Notes: generated by a model not told the origin, from the sequence alone. A DNA stretch of 54,468 nucleotides from Candidatus Sericytochromatia bacterium (GCA_035285125.1 JAYKHR010000071.1:1-54468); one strand, 5' to 3'. Shown: positions 10,142 to 20,320, numbered from the stretch's first letter. Program-made: numbers and translations.

Positions 10142-12175
10142 ATGACACCGGTCGATTCTGCCCCCATCCAGGTCGTCCTGCCGGACGAGTCCCGCCGGGA
10201 CCTGCCCGCTGGCTCGACCGTGGCCGGCTTGGCCGAGGCCATCAGCCGCGGCCTGTTGAAGCGGGCGGTGGCTGGTCGGGTGAACGGCGAACTCGTCGAT
10301 ATGTCGCGCCAGCTGGCCTCGGGCGACAGGGTCCAGATCGTCACGCAGGACGACGGCGACGCCCTCGAGGTCTTGCGGCACAGCACGGCCCACCTGATGG
10401 CCATGGCGGTGCAAAAGCTGTACCCCGGCACGATGGTGACCATCGGGCCCGTGACGGCGGAGGGCTTCTTCTACGACTTCGACGCCGCGCGGCCCTTCAC
10501 GCCGGAGGACCTGGAGCGCATCGAAGCGGAGATGCGGAAGCTGGCTGACGCCAGGCTGGACGTCTCCCGGGCCGAGGTCCCCGCTGGCGAGGTCGAGGCG
10601 ACGATCGCGCGCTTCCGCGCCGAGGGTGAGCCCTACAAGGCCGAGATCTTAGAAGACATCCTGGCCAAGGACCCCGACGCCGCCATCACGGTGTACGGCC
10701 ACGGCGGCTGGAGTGACCTCTGTCGCGGGCCCCACGTCCCGAACACCGGGCTCATCCGCCACTTCAAGCTGCTCAGCGCCGCGGGAGCCTACTGGCGCGG
10801 TGACGAGAAGAACAAGATGCTCCAGCGCATCTACGGCACCGTTTACTGGACGGAGGCGGAACTCAAGGCCCACATGACCAGGCTCGAAGAGGCCGCGAAG
10901 CGGGATCACCGCAAGCTCGGCAAGGAACTCGAGCTCTTCATGTTCCACGAGGTCGCCCCGGCGATGCCCTTCTTCCTGCCCAAGGGCGCCTTCGTCTACA
11001 ACGCCCTCGTGCAGTACATCCGCGAACTCTACGACCGCCACGGCTACGACGAGGTCATCACCCCCCTCGCCTACGACCCGAGCCTGTTCCGCACCAGCGG
11101 GCACCTTGGCAACTACAACGAAAACATGTACCGCCTCTGGACCGAGGACGAGGTGGGCTCGTGCGAGCACGGCAAGGTGCACGAGACCCTGCAGGCGGAC
11201 TCGTTCGTCCTCAAGCCGATGAACTGCCCGAGCCACTGCGTGATCTTCGGGGCCCGGCGGCGCAGCTACCGCGAGCTGCCCTACCGCGTGGCGGACTTTG
11301 CGCGGCTGCACCGCTACGAGCGCGGCGGCGTGGTGCATGGCCTCGCGCGCGTGCGGTCCTTCGCCCAGGACGACGCCCACATCTTCTGCACGGAGGCGCA
11401 GGTCGCCGACGAGATCGAGATGTTCATCCGATTCCTCTACGAGGTCTACACGGTGCTCGACTTCAGCAAGGTCGAGATCAAGCTGGCCACGCGGCCCGAG
11501 AAGCGCATCGGCGAGGACGCCCAATGGGACCGGGCCGAAGAGGCGCTGGCCGAGGGCCTGCGTAAGGCCGGCCTGCCCTTCGAGGTGCTGCCAGGCGAGG
11601 GGGCCTTCTACGGACCGAAGATCGAGTTCCACATCCATGATGCCATCGGCCGGTCGTGGCAGCTCGGCACGATCCAGTACGACCCCAACCTGCCTGAGCG
11701 CTTCGACCTCAGCTACATCGGCGAAGACGGCCAGGCGCATCGCCCCGTAATGTTGCACCGCGCCATTCTGGGGTCGCTGGAGCGGTTCTTCGCGGTGTAC
11801 CTGGAGCACTGCGCCGGAGCCTTCCCGCTCTGGCTCGCCCCCGTCCAGGCCGTGATCGTGCCCATCAACGACGAGTCGAAGGCTTACGCCGAGGCCGTGA
11901 CAGACAGCCTGCGGAGCCAGGGGTTGAGGGTGAACCTCGACGTGCGCAACGAGTCCTTGAACTACCGCATCCGGGACGCCCAGGTGCACAAGGTGCCCTA
12001 CATGCTGGTCATCGGCAACAAGGAGATCGAGACCCGGGCCGTGGCCGTCCGCACCCGGACGGGTGGCCGCAACCGCGTGCTGCCACTCGACGAGGTCGTG
12101 ACCCTCATGCGCGAGGAGCAGGACACCCGCTCGAACGTCTCGCTGCTGGTGCCGCCAGAGGCACCTGCGTCATAG
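10142..12175 (+). CDS. thrS: Threonine--tRNA ligase
   Basis: TGS domain, RHSTAHL, DLCRGPH, KRDHRKLG, KPMNCP, GEGAFYGPK, WLAPVQ; GGAGG RBS at 10131. Confidence 0.98.
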   Translation: MTPVDSAPIQVVLPDESRRDLPAGSTVAGLAEAISRGLLKRAVAGRVNGELVDMSRQLASGDRVQIVTQDDGDALEVLRHSTAHLMAMAVQKLYPGTMVTIGPVTAEGFFYDFDAARPFTPEDLERIEAEMRKLADARLDVSRAEVPAGEVEATIARFRAEGEPYKAEILEDILAKDPDAAITVYGHGGWSDLCRGPHVPNTGLIRHFKLLSAAGAYWRGDEKNKMLQRIYGTVYWTEAELKAHMTRLEEAAKRDHRKLGKELELFMFHEVAPAMPFFLPKGAFVYNALVQYIRELYDRHGYDEVITPLAYDPSLFRTSGHLGNYNENMYRLWTEDEVGSCEHGKVHETLQADSFVLKPMNCPSHCVIFGARRRSYRELPYRVADFARLHRYERGGVVHGLARVRSFAQDDAHIFCTEAQVADEIEMFIRFLYEVYTVLDFSKVEIKLATRPEKRIGEDAQWDRAEEALAEGLRKAGLPFEVLPGEGAFYGPKIEFHIHDAIGRSWQLGTIQYDPNLPERFDLSYIGEDGQAHRPVMLHRAILGSLERFFAVYLEHCAGAFPLWLAPVQAVIVPINDESKAYAEAVTDSLRSQGLRVNLDVRNESLNYRIRDAQVHKVPYMLVIGNKEIETRAVAVRTRTGGRNRVLPLDEVVTLMREEQDTRSNVSLLVPPEAPAS

Positions 12176-13087
12176 CTTGATGCGGCGCGCTGGCGGCGTG
12201 GTGTCAGGCCCCCGACCACGCGCCGCCTCGGCGGCCTTGCGGCTGGCCTCCAGCCGGCGCTTGTCGGTCAGCCAGGCCTTCCGCGAGGCCAGGGCCGCCC
12301 GGTATTCGGCGTCCCTGGCTCTGCGCACGCTGCCCCATGTGCCGGAGGCCTGCACCCCCCGCAGCACCAGCCGGGCTCGCTCGTAACGGCCATCCGCCGC
12401 AGCGGCCTCGGCGACGCGCACGAGCTCGGCCATCCGACGCTCGTGGACCTCGGCCAGCAGCGCGATGGCCTCACTGGAACGCCCCGCGTCCGGCAGGCCG
12501 GCAAGCGTCGCGACCAGTCGGGGTGCGTCCTCGTCCGCCCGGGCCTGGTGGGCCTCCAGCAGCAGCCGTTCGGCCGCCTTGAGCCTGGTCCCTCCAGGCA
12601 GCAGCCGGGCCCGAGCCGCCGCGACCTCCTGCCGTCGCGTCCCTGCCTCGGCCGGCGCCAGGGCCAGCGCGAAGGGCCCCAGCCAGACCTCCTCAGCGTC
12701 CTCTGCCCGCTTGCGCGCCAGGGTGACGGAAACGCGCCCTCGCGCCTCGGCGAAGGCCTCCAGCAGCTCGGCGCGGGTGAGGCCCTCGACGGCTCGCCCA
12801 TCGACGGCAACGAGCCGAAGGCGCGCGGCGCGAGGATCGGGAATGCCCGCCAGCGAGGCCGGGCCACCGACCAGCACCCCCGTCACCAACCACATCGTGG
12901 GCAGCGCCCGGACCAGCAAGCCGCTGGCCCCGAGCGCGCCCTCGAATGGAGCCGGCAGGGTAAAGCCCCCCAGGCCCGCGGGCAGTGGAGGCCGGCCATC
13001 TGCCGCCCGCGCACCGGCAGGCGACAGGAGCCCCCAGAGCAATAGCGCCACGAGCCAGAGCCGTGCGTCAGACCCGCGACTTGGCAT
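12170..13087 (-). CDS. Secreted hypothetical protein with PDZ-like domain and helical C-terminus
   Basis: Signal peptide ending AGARA; VTGVLVGGPASLAGI...VAVDGRAVEGLT...VSVTLAR fits the PDZ pattern. Confidence 0.6.
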   Translation of the reverse strand: MPSRGSDARLWLVALLLWGLLSPAGARAADGRPPLPAGLGGFTLPAPFEGALGASGLLVRALPTMWLVTGVLVGGPASLAGIPDPRAARLRLVAVDGRAVEGLTRAELLEAFAEARGRVSVTLARKRAEDAEEVWLGPFALALAPAEAGTRRQEVAAARARLLPGGTRLKAAERLLLEAHQARADEDAPRLVATLAGLPDAGRSSEAIALLAEVHERRMAELVRVAEAAAADGRYERARLVLRGVQASGTWGSVRRARDAEYRAALASRKAWLTDKRRLEASRKAAEAARGRGPDTTPPARRIKL

Positions 13088-14222
13088 CGAAGGCGTCCCG
13101 CACCCCGTCGCCACAGAAGTTGAACGCCACCACCGTCACGACGATGAACAGGGCAGGGATCATCAGCCAGGGGTGCAGTGTCAGACTGGAGATGGCCATG
13201 GCGTCCTGCAACAGGTTGCCCCAGCTGGCGGCAGGCTGCTGGACCCCGAGCCCGATCATCGACAGCGCCGACTCGCCGAGGATGAAGTTGGGGACCATCA
13301 TGGAGGCTGAGATCGTCACCCACGTGGCCGTCTGGGGGAGGATGTGCTTGGTGATGACCCAGAGCGAGCTCGCCCCGGCTGCCAGGGAGGCCTCCACGTA
13401 CTCCTGGGCCCGCAGCGCCAGCACCTGGCCCCGGATGACCCGTGCGAGGCTGGTCCAGCCTATCAGGGACAGGATTCCCACGATGAGCACGTAGCGCTGT
13501 GTGGGCGTGATGTCCCACTTGTAGGTGACGCCGAAGAGGAACAGCAGGAGGTAGAAGCTGGGGAAGGACATCAGCGCCTCGACGATGCGCATCAGGATGT
13601 TGTCGATCCAGCCGCCGAAGTAGCCTGAGATCCCCCCGATGAGCATGCCGAGGGGGATCACGATGAAGATGGCCATGATGCCGACCGTCAGGCTGATGCT
13701 GGCGCCGTACAGCGTTCGAGAGAAGATGTCCCGGCCGGCCTGGTCCGTGCCGAACAGGTAAATGCCGGCAGGCGCCTCGACGCCAAAGAGGTGGGTCCTG
13801 GCCGGCAGAAACCCGAGCAGGCGGTACTCGTCCCCCGCGAGGAACAGCTTGAGCCGGTACTTGACGGCACGGTCGACCTGAAGGACCTCGGCCCCGCTGT
13901 TGGGGTCCACCGTGATGGTGGCGTTCCGCACGTAGAGGCCCCCCCCATCCACATAGACACGGGTGGGCGGCATGAACGAGCGCTGCCTGTTCTCCGTCGC
14001 CTCGCCATACGGTGCGAGGAACGGCCCCAGCAGCATCGTCAGGTAGAGGAAGGCCAGCACCACGAGGGCGCCGACGGCCATCCTGTGCCGCAGGAACCGG
14101 CGCAGGATGCGCTGGTTGGTGGACACGGGCGGCGGCAGCTCCTCGTGGGCTGCGAGGCCCGGGTAGTCTCCGGGCCCCACGGCGCGCGGGGAGGCGAGCG
14201 ACTCGTTCGCAGGCTCGGTCAC
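13068..14222 (-). CDS. Peptide/nickel ABC transporter permease (OppC/DppC family)
   Basis: LFGTDQAGRDIFSR, EYVEAS...GAS EAA loop, HILP, GESALS, GDGVRDAFD. Confidence 0.93.
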   Translation of the reverse strand: MTEPANESLASPRAVGPGDYPGLAAHEELPPPVSTNQRILRRFLRHRMAVGALVVLAFLYLTMLLGPFLAPYGEATENRQRSFMPPTRVYVDGGGLYVRNATITVDPNSGAEVLQVDRAVKYRLKLFLAGDEYRLLGFLPARTHLFGVEAPAGIYLFGTDQAGRDIFSRTLYGASISLTVGIMAIFIVIPLGMLIGGISGYFGGWIDNILMRIVEALMSFPSFYLLLFLFGVTYKWDITPTQRYVLIVGILSLIGWTSLARVIRGQVLALRAQEYVEASLAAGASSLWVITKHILPQTATWVTISASMMVPNFILGESALSMIGLGVQQPAASWGNLLQDAMAISSLTLHPWLMIPALFIVVTVVAFNFCGDGVRDAFDAKSRV

Positions 14223-14225
14223 GGC

Positions 14226-15194
14226 TCAGGCCTCCAGCTTGATGCGAGGGTCAACCATCGCGAGCAGCACGTCCGAGAGCAGGTTGCCCAGCAGGAGCAT
14301 GACGGCCCCGATCATCATGCCAGCCATCGCCAGCGGCATGTCGTAGGACTGCAGCGCCTCGAGCATCATCTGCCCGAGCCCGGGCCAAGCAACAATGATC
14401 TCGACGAGGGCAAAGCCTGACAGCAGGCCCGCGATGTCGTAGCCAAGGATGGTGATCATCGGGTTGAGTGCGTTGCGGACGGCATGCTTGTAGATGACCC
14501 TGTTCTCGGGCAGCCCCTTGGCCCGCGCCATGCGGACGTAGTCCTCGGCCAGCACGTCCAGCAGGTTGCCGCGCATGCGGCGTTGCAAGATCGCGATGGT
14601 GCCGATGGTGACGGCGATGGTGGGCAAGACGAGGTGCACAGCCAGATCTTTGACCTTGCCCCACGCCGTCAGCGAGGCGAAGTCAGCGCTGGTCATGCTC
14701 CCGACGGGCAGCCAGCCGGTCTTGGCCGCGAGGAACATCAACAGGAGCACGAGGAAAAACTCTGGAATGCCGAGGGCCGTGAACGTGAGCGTGGAGAAGA
14801 TCTTGTCGGGGAGGGAGTACTTGTTGACGGCCGCGTAGATGCCGAGCGGAATGGCGAGCAGCCACGTCAGCACCATCGCCGCCGCCCCCAGCAGCAGGGT
14901 GGCGCCCATCCGCTGGACGATCAGGCTCGAGACCGAGGTGCGGTAGCGATAGGACTCGCCCATGTCGCCCGTTGCAAAGGCGGAGGCCCACTTCACGTAC
15001 TGCACGGGCACGGGCTTGTCGAGCCCGAGCCGCTTACGCTCGGCATCGATTCGTTCGGCCGTCATGGACGGGTCGGCCATGCGGGCCGAGAGGTGGTCTC
15101 CCGGCGCAAGCTTGCTGATGCCGAAGGTGATCATCGAGATCAAGACCAGCAGCGGCACCATCTGGACCAACCGCTTGAGCACGTAGCGAAACAT
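14226..15194 (-). CDS. Peptide/nickel ABC transporter permease (OppB/DppB family)
   Basis: MFRYVLKRL, LGLDKP, DYVRMARAKGL, KHAVRNA, DPRI. Confidence 0.93.
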   Translation of the reverse strand: MFRYVLKRLVQMVPLLVLISMITFGISKLAPGDHLSARMADPSMTAERIDAERKRLGLDKPVPVQYVKWASAFATGDMGESYRYRTSVSSLIVQRMGATLLLGAAAMVLTWLLAIPLGIYAAVNKYSLPDKIFSTLTFTALGIPEFFLVLLLMFLAAKTGWLPVGSMTSADFASLTAWGKVKDLAVHLVLPTIAVTIGTIAILQRRMRGNLLDVLAEDYVRMARAKGLPENRVIYKHAVRNALNPMITILGYDIAGLLSGFALVEIIVAWPGLGQMMLEALQSYDMPLAMAGMMIGAVMLLLGNLLSDVLLAMVDPRIKLEA

Positions 15195-15260
15195 CGACCC
15201 TCCTGCGGGCGCTTCTGCGGCAGGCGCAGGCCGCGCCCCCATCTTACCCCGCCGAGGGCG

Positions 15261-17144
15261 CTACTTGCGGTAGATCTCCCAGGCGTTCCAGCTGATGCCG
15301 AGCGGGTTGTACGGGTTGGGCCGGGTGTTGCCCAGGTTGTTGCGCACGGCGACGGTGTAGTTGAAGACGGGCAGAAACACCATCACCTGCTCCTTCATAA
15401 CGATTTGCTGGAACTCGGCATAGATGGACTTCCGCGTCGCCTCGTCCGTTGCCAGCGCCCCGCGCAGGAAGAGCTCGTCGATGCGCTTCTCCCACGGATA
15501 CGTCGGGTTCGCGTGCGGCTGCGGAGCCGGGTTCAGGTTGAAGAAGTGGGCCTGGCCGTTGCTCGTCCAGAGATGGGTCACGCCGTGCGGTTCAATGCTG
15601 GCGCCCCAGGCGCCGATGACGGCGTCCCAGTCCTTCGTCTCGTGGGTGCGGGCGAGGTGCACATTGAACGTGACGCTCTGCATCTTCATCTTGATGCCCA
15701 GCTTGTCGAGGTCCTGGATGATCATGTTGGCCTCGATTTCGGAGTCTTTCGAGCCCACCTGATGCAGGAGCGTGAACTCCACAGGGTGCCCACCTGCGTC
15801 CTTGAGCACCTTGCCGTCCTTCTTGAAGCCCGCCTCGGCGAGCAGCGCCTCGGCCTTGGCAAGGTCGAGCGCGTACGTCGGCACCGTGGGGTCGTAGAAT
15901 GGGCTCTTCTGGAAGATGGGCGAGTTCTGCTGGGCCGCCATCCCGCGGAAGACGTTCCGAATGATGGCCTCACGGTCGATGGCGTACGAGACCGCCTGCC
16001 GGAAGCGCGCATCCGAGAACCACTTCAGCTTGACGGGGTCCACGAAGGGCGTGCCCTCCTTGTTCCGACCCGGGTTCAAATTGAAGGCGAAGTAGCTCGT
16101 GCGGAAGTCGGGGCCGCCGTTCACGATCGTGAAGTTGCCCTCCTTCTCCAGCGGCTTCATGTAGGCGAAGTCCTTGCCCGGCAGCCACTGCGCGTCCGTC
16201 TCGCCAGCCTTGAACTTGAGGATGGCGGCCTCGAGGTTCTTGAGGAAAGGCACCACGAGCCTATCCAGGTAAGGCAGGGGCTGCTTGTGGCGGTTGGTGC
16301 GGAAGTAGTGCGGGTTGCGCTTGAAGATGATGCGCTGGCCGGGCTGGTAGGCCTCGACGATCCAGGCCCCGCTGCCCACGATCTGGCGGGGGTCGGAGTC
16401 GACGCCCCACTTCGAGTTGGCGAGCGGCTTCCCATTGGGCCCACGGGTCCGCACCCAGGGCCCGAACACGTGCTCAGGCAGGATCGAGAGACCGGTCGCC
16501 GTGCGCAGGAAGGGCGCGAAGGGCTTCGGCAGAGAGAAGACCACCGTGTGATCGTCCTTCGCCGTGACCTTGGGCAGCTGGCCGTCGATCTTCAGGCCGT
16601 CGCGCGAGTCCCAGGGGATGTCCGGGTTGCCCAGCACCTCCCCGTAGGTGAAGACGACGTCCTTCGCCGTGAGGGGCTTGCCGTCGTGCCACTGAAGGCC
16701 CTTCCGGATGTAGAAGGTGTACTGCTTGCCGTCCGCGCTGACCTCCCAGCGGCTCGCTAGAGTAGGCTCCACCTCGTACGTGGTGGCGTCCTCCTCGCAC
16801 AGCGACTCGAACATGTAGGTGACGAAGCGCCCCGAGACACTGTCCGTGACCAACGTGGGGTTGAAGGTCTTGGGATCTTCGTAGGCCCCTGCGATCATCT
16901 GGCCGCCGTACTTGCCCGTCGGCATCGGCTCGATGCAGGGCTCCGTCAGACCCGCCACCAGGGCCGGGGCATTTGGCGCCGGGCCCGTGTCGGGGGCCTC
17001 GGTGGCGGCGGCGGTCGGGGCCGCCGTGGCGCCACCGGTGGAGGCGGCCTTCTCGTCGGCCTCCTCGGCACACCCGACAGTCGAGGCGGCCAGGGCAGCC
17101 ATCAGGATCGGGCCCAGCACGAGAGAGAGGCGGCGGTTGCGCAT
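15261..17144 (-). CDS. Peptide ABC transporter substrate-binding lipoprotein (family 5)
   Basis: Lipobox TVGC, DPKTFNP, LASRWEVSADG, WHDGKPLTAKDVVFT, FRQAVSYAIDRE; start approximate. Confidence 0.92.
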   Translation of the reverse strand: MRNRRLSLVLGPILMAALAASTVGCAEEADEKAASTGGATAAPTAAATEAPDTGPAPNAPALVAGLTEPCIEPMPTGKYGGQMIAGAYEDPKTFNPTLVTDSVSGRFVTYMFESLCEEDATTYEVEPTLASRWEVSADGKQYTFYIRKGLQWHDGKPLTAKDVVFTYGEVLGNPDIPWDSRDGLKIDGQLPKVTAKDDHTVVFSLPKPFAPFLRTATGLSILPEHVFGPWVRTRGPNGKPLANSKWGVDSDPRQIVGSGAWIVEAYQPGQRIIFKRNPHYFRTNRHKQPLPYLDRLVVPFLKNLEAAILKFKAGETDAQWLPGKDFAYMKPLEKEGNFTIVNGGPDFRTSYFAFNLNPGRNKEGTPFVDPVKLKWFSDARFRQAVSYAIDREAIIRNVFRGMAAQQNSPIFQKSPFYDPTVPTYALDLAKAEALLAEAGFKKDGKVLKDAGGHPVEFTLLHQVGSKDSEIEANMIIQDLDKLGIKMKMQSVTFNVHLARTHETKDWDAVIGAWGASIEPHGVTHLWTSNGQAHFFNLNPAPQPHANPTYPWEKRIDELFLRGALATDEATRKSIYAEFQQIVMKEQVMVFLPVFNYTVAVRNNLGNTRPNPYNPLGISWNAWEIYRK

Positions 17145-17238
17145 CGGGAGGCTCCTCGACAACGAAGTTCAGCCCACCTGGCGTCAGGCCAGTGCGGGCT
17201 GGGGCAAGCGGGTACGTCGGACGGTCGCGCCCAAGCGG

Positions 17239-17472
17239 CTAGTGATAGGTCAGGTAGGCGATGCCCAGGGAAACCGTGCCCCACAGCACCGCAATGATGG
17301 TCGCGAAGCGGTTGAGGCCGGCCTCGACCCCCTTCTGGCTACCGAAGATCTTGGTTTGGGCCCCCATCGCCCCGATGCCCTCGCCCTTGGCGGAGTGGAG
17401 CATCACGGCCACGATCAGCAGCAACGACAGGACGGTCTGCGTGATCTGAAGCGCCAGCTTGATATCGAACAT
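17239..17472 (-). CDS. secG: Preprotein translocase subunit SecG
   Basis: 77 aa, two TM segments flanking MLHSAKGEGIG...FG...EAGLNRFAT. Confidence 0.9.
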   Translation of the reverse strand: MFDIKLALQITQTVLSLLLIVAVMLHSAKGEGIGAMGAQTKIFGSQKGVEAGLNRFATIIAVLWGTVSLGIAYLTYH

Positions 17473-17530
17473 GGACCCCCACCCGGAGAGGCGGCCGAAA
17501 CGGCACACCGGCAACACACCTGACTTGAGG

Positions 17531-17560
17531 GTTGTACCACGCGCGGCGCGCTTCGGTCAA
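17531..17560 (-). promoter_or_regulatory. Sigma70-type promoter for secG
   Basis: Minus strand TTGACC, 18-nt spacer ending TGG, then TACAAC. Confidence 0.4.
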
Positions 17561-17589
17561 ACGCGCCCCCCACCTGAGTTTTCAGGCGT

Positions 17590-19281
17590 TCAGCGGGGAC
17601 TCTCGGACGGCACGGGCAGGGTGGAGGGGAGCACCGACGGGCCGCTCGAAGGAGGGGCCGGGGTGCCCGCGGGCGGCGACCCAGGCGGCGACAGGGCCCC
17701 TGGCTCCCGGGTGGCGGGCGCCAGGGGCATGGGGCGGACGACCCGGATGCGGTGGTTGTAGGTGTCCGCGACGAACAGCCTGCCGGCGGCGTCGAGCGCC
17801 AGCCCGCCCGGGTTGTTGAGCTCGGCCTGCAGCGGGTCCCCGCCATCGCCCGAGAAGCCGTAGGCACCGCGCGCAACGGACCCCACCAGGCGCTCGAGCC
17901 GGCCATCCGCGGCCAGCCGAAGTACGCGGCTCGCCGCCCCGGTCAGGGTCTCGACGCCCGTCTCACAGGCCCAGCCGTCCGCCACGAGGAGGCGCCCCTC
18001 CGGGTCGAAGGCAAGCGCGACCGGCAGCGGCAGATCCGCCTGCAGGGCCGGCCCCCCCTCACCCGCGAGCCCCACCAGGCCTGAGCCAGCGAGCGGCGCG
18101 AGCGCCCCGGTTTCCAGCGTCAGCCGCGTGACGCGATGCGCCCCCGCCTCGGCAATGACGAGCGCCTTGCCACCCGGCTCAAGGGCCAGGGCAAGCGGCA
18201 GCACGAGCGCAGGCGCGGAAAGCTTGATGCCCATCGACTCGGCCGCCAGCGAGGCGCCCGTGCCGGCCACCGTCGTGACCTTGCCGTCGGCCAGCTTCCG
18301 GATGCGGTTGTTGTAGGTGTCGGCAATGTACAGCGCACCAGCGGCATCGAACACGAGGTCGCTGGGGTAGGCGAATTGCGCGGCCGCAGCAGGACCATCC
18401 TGCACGCCGAGGTGCCCGGTCCCCGCCACCGTGACGATAAGGCCCGCCCGGGTGATCTTGCGGATGAGGTGGTTGTCGCGGTCGCAGAAGTACAAGGAGC
18501 CCTCGGCGTCGAGCGCCAGCCCGCACGGCACGCCCGGCTCACCGCCCGCCAGGGCTGCCGGCAGGGCCACAGGAGAGCCGCTGTCGGACTCCGCGCGCCC
18601 GGCGATGGTGACCACCACCCCGGACGACAGGTCGAACCGCCGGATCAGCCGGTAGGAAGCGTCGGCGACGAAAAGCACCTGGCGCCGCGTGTCGCAGACG
18701 AGCGAACGGGGGTGCCTGAAGCGGGCAGCCAGGGGATCCCGGGCGTCGCGCGCGCCGGAGACACCATCCCCGGCAGCGGTGTCGAGCAGCCGCGCGGGCA
18801 GGGGCACGGCGCCACTCGCCTCAGGCGTCGGCAGGACCTCCACCGAGGCCGTGGCCACAGGCGCCGGCGGCGGCGAGGGCTCCGCCAGCGGCTGCAGCAC
18901 CAGCCGCGCCTCCACGAGCACGTTCGGCAACACGGCGATGGCCTGCCGCGCCCCAGCCGTCGCGCGCCCCGTGGCGTCCAGTGCCGTGGCCTCGATGTAC
19001 TTCGGCCCGACGGGCACGTCTATGAATTCCGTGCTCTGCTCCGCCCCACCCGGCACCAGGGCTGCCACCAGCGGCTTACCGTCCGGGATGCCCTCGCCCC
19101 GGATGGTCACCGCAATGCGGGCCGTGTCCGCAGGAATGGCCAGGATCCGGAACGCGGCTGCCCGCTCCGGCCAGCGGACCGTCAGGGCCACGCGCCCGCT
19201 CCGGGCCGCGAGTAGTTCGGGGCTGCAGGCCGACACCACGAGGGCGGCAGCCAGGAAGACGGGGAGCCGAGGCATCTTCAT
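17590..19281 (-). CDS. NHL-repeat (beta-propeller) lipoprotein
   Basis: Lipobox VSAC; repeats such as PSDLVFDAAGALYIADTYNNRIRK and PGGLALDAAGRLFVADTYNHRIR. Confidence 0.88.
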   Translation of the reverse strand: MKMPRLPVFLAAALVVSACSPELLAARSGRVALTVRWPERAAAFRILAIPADTARIAVTIRGEGIPDGKPLVAALVPGGAEQSTEFIDVPVGPKYIEATALDATGRATAGARQAIAVLPNVLVEARLVLQPLAEPSPPPAPVATASVEVLPTPEASGAVPLPARLLDTAAGDGVSGARDARDPLAARFRHPRSLVCDTRRQVLFVADASYRLIRRFDLSSGVVVTIAGRAESDSGSPVALPAALAGGEPGVPCGLALDAEGSLYFCDRDNHLIRKITRAGLIVTVAGTGHLGVQDGPAAAAQFAYPSDLVFDAAGALYIADTYNNRIRKLADGKVTTVAGTGASLAAESMGIKLSAPALVLPLALALEPGGKALVIAEAGAHRVTRLTLETGALAPLAGSGLVGLAGEGGPALQADLPLPVALAFDPEGRLLVADGWACETGVETLTGAASRVLRLAADGRLERLVGSVARGAYGFSGDGGDPLQAELNNPGGLALDAAGRLFVADTYNHRIRVVRPMPLAPATREPGALSPPGSPPAGTPAPPSSGPSVLPSTLPVPSESPR

Positions 19282-20213
19282 TCGATAATCACCTTGACGG
19301 ACCCGGTGGTGGGCGAGCCGTTGATGACGCGTGGGTCGAGGAGCTTCTCGGTTTGGCCCTTGAGGTCGGGCCGGGCCGTGGGCGCACCCGGCGTGGGGGC
19401 GGTGACGGGTTCCGCGGGAGGAGTGGGCGCAGCCGTCGGGGCTCCGGCGTCAGGCCCGACAGGCATGCTACGCCCACCCTCGCCGGGGCCCGGGGTGGCC
19501 GCAGGGCCGACGCTGGGCGCGGGGGGCTGCGGCGTGGCTTGAGCCGGTGCGTCCGCGGGCTCCACCGACAGCGGCCGGAAGATCGACGAGCGCTGCTGCA
19601 GCTTGCTCGGGTCGAGGGGCACGGGGGCGGGCGCGGGGGCCTGGAAGGGGACCCGCGTCATGGTGCCGCCGACCACCCGCACGAGTTCGCCCACGTCCCC
19701 GGCAACGTTCACGGACCCTTCGAAGACCGTGACCTCGGTGGCGCGGCGTTGCGGATCCACCTGGACCAACAGCTCGGTGCCTGTCACCGTCGCGACGGCT
19801 CCCGGCGTGAAGATGCGCATTCCTGCCCCGCCCTTGCGGATGTGAAGCCAGATCGTGCCCGCGTCCAGGCGCATCTCCCTGCGCCGCTCCCCCGTGAGCG
19901 TCAGCGTCGTCAGCGAGCCAATGCGCGTCACGGAGCCATCGCCGTAGAGCAACTCGGCCTTGGCGTCCGCAGCCGTCCGCAGCGTGTCGCCCCCAAGCAG
20001 CAGGGTGTCGACCGCCGCCCGCTGCCACAGCGCCGTCTGGGACCGCTGCCAGTCCACCCGGCGGACGACGCGAGTCACGACGGCATGTAGCGGATCGACG
20101 GCCTCCCCTGCCCACGTGGGCAGGGACGCAGGGCCCAGCAGGGCCAGCAGAGCCAAGGCCACGCCACGGAGGCGGGAAGCTGATGAAGGGGGGTGGGGGC
20201 TCATCGAGGTCAC
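19278..20213 (-). CDS. FecR-domain secreted protein with Pro-rich tail
   Basis: GDTLRTAADAKAELLYGDGSVTRIG, TPGAVATVTGTE, VTVFEGSV. Confidence 0.85.
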   Translation of the reverse strand: MTSMSPHPPSSASRLRGVALALLALLGPASLPTWAGEAVDPLHAVVTRVVRRVDWQRSQTALWQRAAVDTLLLGGDTLRTAADAKAELLYGDGSVTRIGSLTTLTLTGERRREMRLDAGTIWLHIRKGGAGMRIFTPGAVATVTGTELLVQVDPQRRATEVTVFEGSVNVAGDVGELVRVVGGTMTRVPFQAPAPAPVPLDPSKLQQRSSIFRPLSVEPADAPAQATPQPPAPSVGPAATPGPGEGGRSMPVGPDAGAPTAAPTPPAEPVTAPTPGAPTARPDLKGQTEKLLDPRVINGSPTTGSVKVIIE

Positions 20214-20320
20214 CGGTCAGGGGAAGGCCTCGACGCCCCCGCGACGCGTGTCGGCGGGTTCGCACAGGCTCCCACCGTCAGGATACCAGCCCCGCCCCGC
20301 CCCGGGCGCGCCGACAACCA

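Noticed and set aside
14484..16760. Long antisense and alternate-frame ORFs (e.g. 758 aa here, 28332-30308, 21260-22999, 47389-49134)
   Set aside because: Shadow ORFs of well-supported genes, expected in high-GC DNA; no recognisable motifs.
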